In this document: one piece after another, positions 25,501-35,705 of the stretch
Layout: each line of letters opens with the position of its first letter
Position numbering within the stretch: the stretch's first letter is position 1
Assembly: GCA_017883965.1 (NCBI GenBank)
Contig: JAFNKG010000001.1
Coordinates: forward strand, 14,893-78,892
Direction: 5' to 3'
Length of the DNA stretch: 64,000 nt
DNA from: Candidatus Methanophagales archaeon
GTDB taxonomy: Archaea; Halobacteriota; Syntropharchaeia; Alkanophagales; Methanospirareceae
The notes under the pieces: generated by a model
What the model was told of the DNA's origin: nothing
Databases searched by the model: none
Seen by the model: only the letters and a program-made list of their open reading frames with translations
Position numbers and translations under genes: made by a program

Positions 25501-28119
25501 ATGACAAGCGGAAAGACAGAGGAAAAAGATACGATTTACCTTGTCCCACACACGCATTACGATGCCATCTGGGTATTCACGAAGGAGGACTATTTTTACA
25601 TCAATCTGATGCTTATTTTGAAGGAGGTAGTTGAGCTTCTTGAAAAGACGGATTACAAGTTCCTGATAGAGCAAACCTTTCTGCTGGAAGAGCTGGAGAT
25701 GCGGTATCCGGAACTATTCTCAAAGGTTGCGAAGTACATAAAAGAAGGAAAGATAGAGATCGCCGGCGGGGAATACCTGATGGCAGATACGATGCTTCCG
25801 AATGGAGAAACACTGGTAAGAGAAATCATGGTTGGTAAGAGATACGTGAAGGAGAAGTTCGGTGTTGACGTTCCGGTAATGTGGCAGGCAGACAGCTTTG
25901 GTTTGAATGCCCAGCTACCGCAGATATACAAAAAATCAGGCTACAAATATGTTGCATTCAGAAGGGGTACAGCGAAGAGAAAGCCGTCGGAATTTATCTG
26001 GCAGGGCTTGGATGGAACGGGGATTTTAGCACACTGGATGCTTCTTGGATACAGAGCAGGATTGGACTTGACACAGCTGGCGGAAAGCCATGATAAACTC
26101 AAGGAAGTCGCAGCAACTTCGCATATCTTGATGCCTTCCGGGAGTGGAGTTACGATGCCACAACCGGAAACGGTGGAAGTGGTGAAGGCGTGGAATGAGA
26201 AGAGAGGCGAAGTAGCGGAGATGAAAATTGCAACGCCGGGTGAATTCTTTGAAGCACTGGAGAAGGAAGTAGAAGACCTGAACCTTGAGGTGGAGGTAAG
26301 GAAGGGCGAGATGTATTCGGGGAAGTATTCAGAGGTGTTTCCAAATTGCTGCTCGAGCAGGATGTGGATAAAACAGGGGCTTCATGATTACGAGAGCTGG
26401 TTGTTGTGTTGCGAGCGATGGGGTGCAATATCCTATCTCTTGAGCGGCTACTATCCCTCTGATGAGTTCAGGGACTGCTGGCGTAAAAATTTGTTCATCG
26501 CATTTCATGATGTGGTTCCGGGGACAGGGATGGACCGGGGTTACGATGAGGCGAGGCAATATTTTGGCTTTCTCAAGACCAAAATGATAACACTCTGTCC
26601 TCGCATACTCTCTATGATAATAGAGGCTGAATCGGAGGAGGACGAAGGCGGAGTTGAAAGTGGGGATATAATTGTATTTAACTCGTTGTCGTGGGAAGTG
26701 AGGAACTGGATAGAGATGGAGTTGAACTTTGACAAAGGAAAAGTAATTGCGATTAAGGGATTGAAAAGCGGAGAAGAGGAAATAGATGTAGAGGTGATAA
26801 AATTTGCGAGGTATGAAGATGACTCGTTGAGGTCTGCGAAGATAGGATTTGTTCCCACGGTTCCTGCGCTGGGATATAAGCTGTATAGAATCCTTGAGCG
26901 TGCGCCGAAGCGGTATCGTTATGAGCCGAATTATATCATGATAAGAGGGAACACCATAGAAAATAGCTTCTTTGGGGTTGAGGTGGACCCTGCCACGGGG
27001 TTGGTTGACGTGATTCAAGGCGATAGGGAGAGGATTTGCACGGCGAATGAGCTTGTGCTGGAAGAAGAAACCGGCGACCTTTACTACCACCGGCAAACAT
27101 TGGACATCCCGTTGAAAACAGAGAAGGGAGAAGGAGTGAAGTATGGCTCGTTCAGGGTAGAGAACTTTTGGATAAATAAGAGTCCTTTGAGACGTGTTAT
27201 CAATGTCGAGACTAATTATTTTTCACTGCGCTGGCCGTACAGATTGACGGAGAAGATGGAGCCCCTTATATGGCGGCATAAATTCTTAGAGTGCAGAAAG
27301 AAAATAATAGTTTATAAGGACATTCCGAGGATAGATTTCATCACGCACGTAGAGGATAAGCATCCGAAGTCACGGCTCAGGGTCAGGTTCTCCACGGACA
27401 TAGAATCTTCGGCTTATTCCTGCGGTAGTCAATTTGGCGTTGTTTCCCGCCCGACAGACCAATGGAGCTATAAACCAGAAGAGGAGTGGGTTGAGGAGCC
27501 CTGTGGTGTATTTCCCTCGATAGGATGGCTTGATTATTCTGACGGAAAGAAGGGCTTGACCGTGATTCACAGGGGGATACCGGAGAACGAGGTAAGAGAT
27601 GGCGACATCTATTTAACACTGCTCAGAAGCGTTTTAATGCTCTCCTCGGATGGTAAGACAGGTCCTGCAATACCGGTTCCGAATGCGCAGGAGTTGAAAA
27701 GATACGTATTCCGATATTCCATTTACCCGCACGAAGGAGACTGGCGTGAAGCATCATCCTACAAGCATGCTTATGAGTTCAACTCCGATCTGGATGCAGT
27801 GCAATTGTCTGATGGCGTGAAACTACCTTTGAAACGGTCTTTTTTGAAAATAGAGCCGGAAAGTGTTGTTTTATCCGCACTGAAAAGGGCAGAGGATGGG
27901 GATGGGGATGGGGATAGAGTGATTATGAGATTTTATGAAACGAAGGGAAAAGAGACGAATGCTGAAATAACGCTGTTCAGAGAGCCAAAGGCAGTCAAGG
28001 TGGTGAACCTGCTGGAGGAAGATGACGAAGGAGTGGAAAAAGAGTTGAAAAAAGCGGGTGAGAGAATTGAGTTGAAGATGAAACCTTTTGAGATAGTTAC
28101 TTTGAAGATGCAACTTTAA
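25501..28119 (+). CDS. GH38-family alpha-mannosidase, copy 1 (candidate mannosylglycerate hydrolase)
   Basis: 872 aa. N-terminal YLVPHTHYDAIW, a GH38 signature. Lies immediately downstream of mpgSP. Confidence 0.85.
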   Translation: MTSGKTEEKDTIYLVPHTHYDAIWVFTKEDYFYINLMLILKEVVELLEKTDYKFLIEQTFLLEELEMRYPELFSKVAKYIKEGKIEIAGGEYLMADTMLPNGETLVREIMVGKRYVKEKFGVDVPVMWQADSFGLNAQLPQIYKKSGYKYVAFRRGTAKRKPSEFIWQGLDGTGILAHWMLLGYRAGLDLTQLAESHDKLKEVAATSHILMPSGSGVTMPQPETVEVVKAWNEKRGEVAEMKIATPGEFFEALEKEVEDLNLEVEVRKGEMYSGKYSEVFPNCCSSRMWIKQGLHDYESWLLCCERWGAISYLLSGYYPSDEFRDCWRKNLFIAFHDVVPGTGMDRGYDEARQYFGFLKTKMITLCPRILSMIIEAESEEDEGGVESGDIIVFNSLSWEVRNWIEMELNFDKGKVIAIKGLKSGEEEIDVEVIKFARYEDDSLRSAKIGFVPTVPALGYKLYRILERAPKRYRYEPNYIMIRGNTIENSFFGVEVDPATGLVDVIQGDRERICTANELVLEEETGDLYYHRQTLDIPLKTEKGEGVKYGSFRVENFWINKSPLRRVINVETNYFSLRWPYRLTEKMEPLIWRHKFLECRKKIIVYKDIPRIDFITHVEDKHPKSRLRVRFSTDIESSAYSCGSQFGVVSRPTDQWSYKPEEEWVEEPCGVFPSIGWLDYSDGKKGLTVIHRGIPENEVRDGDIYLTLLRSVLMLSSDGKTGPAIPVPNAQELKRYVFRYSIYPHEGDWREASSYKHAYEFNSDLDAVQLSDGVKLPLKRSFLKIEPESVVLSALKRAEDGDGDGDRVIMRFYETKGKETNAEITLFREPKAVKVVNLLEEDDEGVEKELKKAGERIELKMKPFEIVTLKMQL

Positions 28120-28147
28120 TAATAATTACAGGAGATTTAAATAAATC

Positions 28148-28894
28148 ATGAAGGCTGCTGTTGCACAAGTCAAGCTTTATGATGACATAGATGCCAATTT
28201 AATAACCATTTCTAAATATATCTCATTGGCATCGAAAGAGGAAATAGACATTTTGTGTTTTCCTGAATGTAATATTACTGGCTATGTGCGTGATTTTAGT
28301 AAAGTTAACCCGGATAAATTAATGGAAGCGTTGGATATTATTCAAGAACAGGTGGCGAAAGATTGTGTGAACGTTATTGTGGGAGCTCCTTATTTTGAAC
28401 GCGAGAAACGTTTTAATAGTGCAATAGTCCTGTTAACGAATGGAAAGCGGCATATTTATCACAAGATTAATCTCACTTCTTCTGAAGAAGCATATTTCAA
28501 AAAAGGTAAAAAACCATTAATTTTTCAGTTAGACGATGTTAAGTTCGGAGTTTTGATTTGCAGAGACCAGAACGATCCGATGCTCACTCGTGAATATAAA
28601 ACATCAGAGGCAGATGCTATCTTTATCCTATCGGCGCATTTTTATGAACCCATTGAAGCGATACGAAAACTAAATAAAAATAGGGCTTTGCCGATTGCGA
28701 GAGCTGTTGAAAACAATTTATTTGTACTTAAAGCCAATGCAGTTGGCTCAAATAATAAGAAAATCAGTTTAGGTGGAAGTTTGATTATAGATCCAGGAGG
28801 TTTTGTCATCCACGAAGGTAATAATATAAATGAGATGATATTGAGTTATGAAATACCAAAAAGAAATGCACAAAGAGAGAACAATTTAAAATAA
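28148..28894 (+). CDS. carbon-nitrogen hydrolase (nitrilase superfamily)
   Basis: 248 aa. CN-hydrolase E-K-C layout (FPEC...LICRD). Markedly AT-rich codon usage. Confidence 0.8.
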   Translation: MKAAVAQVKLYDDIDANLITISKYISLASKEEIDILCFPECNITGYVRDFSKVNPDKLMEALDIIQEQVAKDCVNVIVGAPYFEREKRFNSAIVLLTNGKRHIYHKINLTSSEEAYFKKGKKPLIFQLDDVKFGVLICRDQNDPMLTREYKTSEADAIFILSAHFYEPIEAIRKLNKNRALPIARAVENNLFVLKANAVGSNNKKISLGGSLIIDPGGFVIHEGNNINEMILSYEIPKRNAQRENNLK

Positions 28895-29671
28895 ATGACA
28901 ATCTTTCATAGAGCTGTAAATTTAAGAGATAGTAAAATGAGTACAGGGAAACATTTAGACCATAATCAGGAGTTACACATCGGGCTGCTTGTTCTTGCTA
29001 CAGACCCGACCGCCGAAACAGAATTCCGGAAAATGTTAAATACCGATAGGGTAGCGTTTTTTGTAAATCGCGTATATTATAAAAATCCAGTGACTATTGA
29101 AAACCTTCGCGCGATGGGAGATGATTTGACCAGAGCAACTTCGCATATCCTTCCAGAAAGTCATTTGGATGTTGTTGCCTATGCCTGCACATCAGGCACG
29201 GCTGCTATAGGAGCAGACAAAACAATTGAATATATACAACGAGCAAGACCAGGGGTTGCATGTACAACACCGCTTATAGCCGCATGCAAGGGTTTTACTA
29301 AATTGGGTGTGCATCGGATTGCACTTATTACACCATACAAAACCGAGGTTGATGATCTAATTAAAGGTTATTTTGAAGAACAAAACATTTCCATTGTTAA
29401 AAACACCAGTTTTGATTTAGAATCTGACGTTGAGATAGCTCGTCTGTCGGCATCATCAATTTATGATGCTGCCTGTGAGATTAATAACTCAAGAGTAGAT
29501 GGAATTTTTATCTCATGTACAGCACTAAGAGCTGCGGAAACAATAAAACCAATTGAAGAAGAAATTGGCAAACCTGTTATAACCAGTAATCAGGCACTCC
29601 TCTGGGATGCTTTACGACTCGGCGGCTACAACGATGTAATTCCCGGTTATGGCAAACTCATGGAGATTTAA
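28895..29671 (+). CDS. Asp/Glu/hydantoin racemase-superfamily protein (arylmalonate decarboxylase or maleate isomerase-like)
   Basis: 258 aa with two Cys-containing half-sites (YACTSG and ISCTAL). AT-rich. Confidence 0.7.
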   Translation: MTIFHRAVNLRDSKMSTGKHLDHNQELHIGLLVLATDPTAETEFRKMLNTDRVAFFVNRVYYKNPVTIENLRAMGDDLTRATSHILPESHLDVVAYACTSGTAAIGADKTIEYIQRARPGVACTTPLIAACKGFTKLGVHRIALITPYKTEVDDLIKGYFEEQNISIVKNTSFDLESDVEIARLSASSIYDAACEINNSRVDGIFISCTALRAAETIKPIEEEIGKPVITSNQALLWDALRLGGYNDVIPGYGKLMEI

Positions 29672-29717
29672 TATCTATATATAAAGTAAAGCACCCAAAT
29701 CCTAATAAGAAATAAAA

Positions 29718-30611
29718 ATGGATTTCGTAAAGGAAGAATACAGGACTCTGGCGGAAGATGAAACGGTAAGGAATAATAAAGAACTGATGGAACTCACGGG
29801 ATATAACAGCAAGCAACTTGACAAATTACCTCCAGATGCAATTATGGGCATCAGTTGTGGTAATCCAACCGTTGAATGTGATTTGTTGCCGGGAATGCGG
29901 ACACTGGATTTAGGTTGCGGTCCAGGAACAGATGTTTTGTTGTGTGCAATGAAGGTTGCACCTGATGGGATGGCCGTGGGTGTGGATTATGTTCCGGAAA
30001 TGGTAGAACGAGCCGTGCAAAACGCAAAGAAATGTCCAGATGTTGATGAAGATAACACCGACTTTAGAGTAGGTGATTTGAATGCGGGAATTAACTTTCC
30101 GGACAATTACTTTGATTATGTCACTGCTAACTGTTGTCTTTGCCTGTTGGATCAACCAAAGGTATTTCGTGAGGTAAAACGTGTGTTGAAACCCGGAGGA
30201 TATTTTGTCTTTAGTGAGGTAACGGTTAAGAAAACATTACCGCAGAAGGCAGATGACCTCTTACAAGAAGCTTTTGGCAATCAGGTGATCCCAAAAGGAA
30301 ATGATGTAGCAAGTAAAGTTTTCCGGACATATATAGCACTTGCAAAAGGGGAGGCAATAGTCCCATCAGAAATTTTAGACCTATTGAAAGAAGCAGGATT
30401 TCAAAAGGTAAAGATCATTGTTCCCAGACATGTACCTGGAACGAAAAAATATCCTGAAGCTGCTAAATCAACGCCGCGTATGGTAAGTGAAAAATTAACT
30501 CCTGATGGAATTACCGACTTTAAAAAGCGTCTTGATGGTGTTTTAAGTGATCTCGATATTAATGATTTTGCGTCATTTGATACTTTTTCATCCCAAAAAC
30601 CGGATAGGTAA
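29718..30611 (+). CDS. ArsM/AS3MT-like SAM-dependent methyltransferase
   Basis: GISCGNP...C...LDLGCGPGTD, ANCCLCLL and LKPGGYFVFSEV mirror the AS3MT motifs YGCG, ILDLGSGSG, SNCVINL and LKPGGELYFSDV. Confidence 0.75.
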   Translation: MDFVKEEYRTLAEDETVRNNKELMELTGYNSKQLDKLPPDAIMGISCGNPTVECDLLPGMRTLDLGCGPGTDVLLCAMKVAPDGMAVGVDYVPEMVERAVQNAKKCPDVDEDNTDFRVGDLNAGINFPDNYFDYVTANCCLCLLDQPKVFREVKRVLKPGGYFVFSEVTVKKTLPQKADDLLQEAFGNQVIPKGNDVASKVFRTYIALAKGEAIVPSEILDLLKEAGFQKVKIIVPRHVPGTKKYPEAAKSTPRMVSEKLTPDGITDFKKRLDGVLSDLDINDFASFDTFSSQKPDR

Positions 30612-30624
30612 TGAAATAAAAGAA

Positions 30625-30700
30625 AACGATGTCAGATACAGGATGCCTGATTCATGATACAGGTTTGACTTGCATCTTGTATCGTGTATCTTGCATCCTC
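30625..30700 (+). repeat. cluster of direct and inverted copies of a GATACAgGATGC-like motif
   Basis: agatacaggatgc, tgatacaggtttg, gcatcttgtatcg and gtatcttgcatcc lie in a convergent intergenic region (imperfect hairpin). Confidence 0.5.
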
Positions 30701-30736
30701 ACAATTTCTCCTGAAAGGAGCTAAATAAATGCCCCG

Positions 30737-31180
30737 TTATATTTCATAATCCGTATCTTTAACCTTCCTCATTACTACCTCAACGGTATAATTCTGGATT
30801 GGGAACTCGAACAAAAGTTTGTTATTTATAAACCGGGTTAAACTTTCCTCGTTATCAAATAGACCGATGGCGTTAATCGAGAACTGTCCTGTGGTCTGAT
30901 ATATCTTGATAAACTCATCCAGCTCTGTCAATTTAGGTAATGTGTTCCTCATCGCTTTTGGTTCTATCTCCAGATTAAATATCGCGATCAGCTTCTTACC
31001 AAATTTCCAGGGATTTAGCAATATTGTATAGCTCTTAATATAGCCGTCCTTCTCCAGCTTCTCAAGCCGGTATCTCACACCATTTTCACTCAACCCGACC
31101 TCGTTTGCAATCTTGGATATGGGTGTCCTTACATCCCGCTGAAGTATCTCGAGTATCCTATTGTCTACTTTGCTCACCAT
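30737..31180 (-). CDS. Lrp/AsnC-family transcriptional regulator
   Basis: HTH (ILEILQRDVRTPISKIANEVGLSENGVRYRLEKL) plus a C-terminal RAM domain. Divergent from ectA. Start trimmed to an internal ATG. Confidence 0.8.
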   Translation of the reverse strand: MVSKVDNRILEILQRDVRTPISKIANEVGLSENGVRYRLEKLEKDGYIKSYTILLNPWKFGKKLIAIFNLEIEPKAMRNTLPKLTELDEFIKIYQTTGQFSINAIGLFDNEESLTRFINNKLLFEFPIQNYTVEVVMRKVKDTDYEI

Positions 31181-31203
31181 TATTTGTATATAATAGCATA
31201 ATG

Positions 31204-31290
31204 TATTTAAAGCTTCCGAATCTTCAGAAAAATCTGGTTTTATCTTATTTATCCTCAAATAACCTATTTAAGGGGAGATAAGAAATAGTG
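31204..31290 (+). promoter_or_regulatory. about 85 bp promoter/5'-UTR element upstream of ectA (copy 1 of a duplicated element)
   Basis: tttaaagcttccgaatcttcagaaaaatctggttttatcttatttatcctcaaataacctatttaagg is about 90% identical to 33694-33780. Confidence 0.7.
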
Positions 31291-31317
31291 ATCTATAGAA
31301 TAGGAGGGATATGACTC

Positions 31318-33574
<2,257 letters not shown>

Positions 33575-33693
33575 GCATACAAACAAATACCTGGCACTTT
33601 ATTTGAAATAGGAATCTGAATGATGAAGAATTATCTCGAGAATCTTCTTACCGACTTAACCCACCCATCGTTTAGTGACAAACACGCTATCTA

Positions 33694-33780
33694 GTTAAAG
33701 CTTCCGAATCTTCAGAATAATCTGTTATTATCTTATTTATCCTCAAATAACCTATTTAAGGCAGTATAAGAAATATTTAC
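33694..33780 (+). promoter_or_regulatory. copy 2 of the duplicated about 85 bp promoter/5'-UTR element, upstream of the asnB-like gene
   Basis: agttaaagcttccgaatcttcagaataatctgttattatcttatttatcctcaaataacctatttaagg. Ends a few nt before the ATG at 33783. Confidence 0.7.
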
Positions 33781-33782
33781 CC

Positions 33783-35372
33783 ATGTGTTCGATATGTGGC
33801 TATTTTTCTCAGGAAGGGGTGCCGACGAGTATCGTTACCGATATGCTCCAAAAGACAGAGCATAGAGGTCCAGATGCGCATGGATTATATGCAGATGGAA
33901 AAATTCTGAGAAGTGGGGAGATAAGAGATTTGGAAAGCAGTGAAAAGGCAGAAGTTTGTCTAGGGCATTCGAGATTGAGCATCGGAGAAGACGATAATGC
34001 GATACAGCCATTACGGTCTTGTGATGGCTCTTTATCGTTAGTGCACAATGGCGAGATATACAACTACCGAGAATTAAGGGGACTATTGAGTAAAGATCAT
34101 ACAATAGAAGATGAGGACAACGACAGCGAGATTCTCTTGCATCTAATAGAGGAAATCTACGATGGCAATCTGCTGAAAACAGTGCAGTCGGTTGTAAAAA
34201 TGCTAAACGGCATGTACACCTTCGCAGTTACAGATGGCGATGAAGTCGTAATTGCACGGGACCCGGTCGGTATAAAGCCAATATATTATGTAGAAGAAAA
34301 AGGGGATGTCTATTTATGTTCTGAGAAGAAGGGGCTTTATGATATTGAAGGTAAAATCAAAAGGATACCTCCCGGAAAGATGCTGAGGGCAAATAAAGAT
34401 GGAATCACTCTACATCAGGGCGTGAGAATCGAGAGACCGCAGATTGATATTACGGATTTCAATAAAGCTGTGACTTTGTACAAAAATGCTTTAACTGATG
34501 CGGTTGAGGGGATGTTAAGGGGATTAAGCGTGGATGAGGTGGGGATGATATTCTCCGGTGGCGTGGATTCAGTATTGATTGCGAAGCTCATATCTGACTT
34601 CGGATGGAATCTCAGATGCTATTGCGTTGGTAAAAAAGATTCTGAGGATGTAAAGAATGCGGAAAATGTAGCGAAAGATTTGGGATTGAATTTAAGCGTG
34701 ATTTATATTGATGAGCGAAAAGTGGAGATGATACTTCCGGAGGTCATCGAATCCATCGAGACAGAGGGTCTCCTTCAGGTAGAGGTCGCTGTTCCGATGT
34801 ATCTTGCAGCAAAGGCGGCATCTGAAGACGGAATAAGGGTGATGTTCACGGGTCAGGGTGCGGATGAGTTATTCGCGGGTTATTGGTGGTATAAGGATGT
34901 TGTAAGTGAGGACGGGTTCTTGAAACTTCACGACAAGTTATGGGAAGACATTAATTTAGCCTATGACGATACGCTTGAAAGGGAAGATAAGGTTACAATG
35001 GCTCATTCCGTTGAGTTAAGGGTTCCATACTTGGATAGAAATGTTGTAAGATGCGCAATGAGAATTTCACCGAAACTTAAAATAAAGGGTGGTGAGGATT
35101 CGATCAGAAAATGGGTTCACAGAAGGGTTGCAGCGATGCTTAGTGTGCCGCACTACACTGCATATCGGGAAAAGGATATGGCACAGTCAGGATCGGGTGT
35201 GCATGGCCTGATAAAAAAGGTTGCAGAGGAATACTTTGACGGGAAAAAAGCGGACAAAGTCGAGACCGTGGATAAAGGCTCGAACTATCGCTACCTGGAT
35301 GGGGATTATGGAACGCTTGAGATGTGGGCATATCTGCACGAGATAGCAAGGAGCAATCAATGCCTTGAGTGA
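33783..35372 (+). CDS. asparagine synthetase B-type glutamine amidotransferase (class II Ntn N-terminus MCSICG)
   Basis: N-terminal catalytic Cys2, SGGVDS PP-loop, 529 aa. May be AsnB or an AsnO-like amidotransferase. Confidence 0.85.
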   Translation: MCSICGYFSQEGVPTSIVTDMLQKTEHRGPDAHGLYADGKILRSGEIRDLESSEKAEVCLGHSRLSIGEDDNAIQPLRSCDGSLSLVHNGEIYNYRELRGLLSKDHTIEDEDNDSEILLHLIEEIYDGNLLKTVQSVVKMLNGMYTFAVTDGDEVVIARDPVGIKPIYYVEEKGDVYLCSEKKGLYDIEGKIKRIPPGKMLRANKDGITLHQGVRIERPQIDITDFNKAVTLYKNALTDAVEGMLRGLSVDEVGMIFSGGVDSVLIAKLISDFGWNLRCYCVGKKDSEDVKNAENVAKDLGLNLSVIYIDERKVEMILPEVIESIETEGLLQVEVAVPMYLAAKAASEDGIRVMFTGQGADELFAGYWWYKDVVSEDGFLKLHDKLWEDINLAYDDTLEREDKVTMAHSVELRVPYLDRNVVRCAMRISPKLKIKGGEDSIRKWVHRRVAAMLSVPHYTAYREKDMAQSGSGVHGLIKKVAEEYFDGKKADKVETVDKGSNYRYLDGDYGTLEMWAYLHEIARSNQCLE

Positions 35373-35705
35373 CGGGCACATATAAAATGGCAAACTGTAT
35401 AGAACGGGCGTATATAAAAATATCCGAGCCGTAAAAATGAGAATAAACATTTTGCAGATAAACCATGATTCAACGGAAATATGAACAGGGTTCACTTCTC
35501 TTTTAGCGCGGGTTTTTTACGAAGTGAAAAGATTTTTTAAAATATCCGTTAATAAAACTACAGATATTTGTTAGAAAAATTCGATTCAACTGAGCCTTTT
35601 ATCTACTACTTTGTCTTTGTATATCTGAATCAATGAGAGCTATCAAAATACAACATTTTTTGAGACAATGTCGGTTCACAACTAAATAACGTCGAGAGGT
35701 AGGAT

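Noticed and set aside
26329-27096. Long antisense ORFs inside GH38 copy 1 (255 aa), and similar ones inside hdrA (5933-6400), cdhA (46300-46837) and topA (51628-52641)
   Set aside because: They lie entirely within well-supported genes on the opposite strand. They are low-complexity and carry no domain signatures, so they are shadow ORFs.
35373-35705. 333-bp intergenic region upstream of GH38 copy 2 as a structured ncRNA (such as SRP RNA)
   Set aside because: AT-rich with no conserved stem patterns recognisable by eye. More likely a promoter or spacer region created by the duplication.
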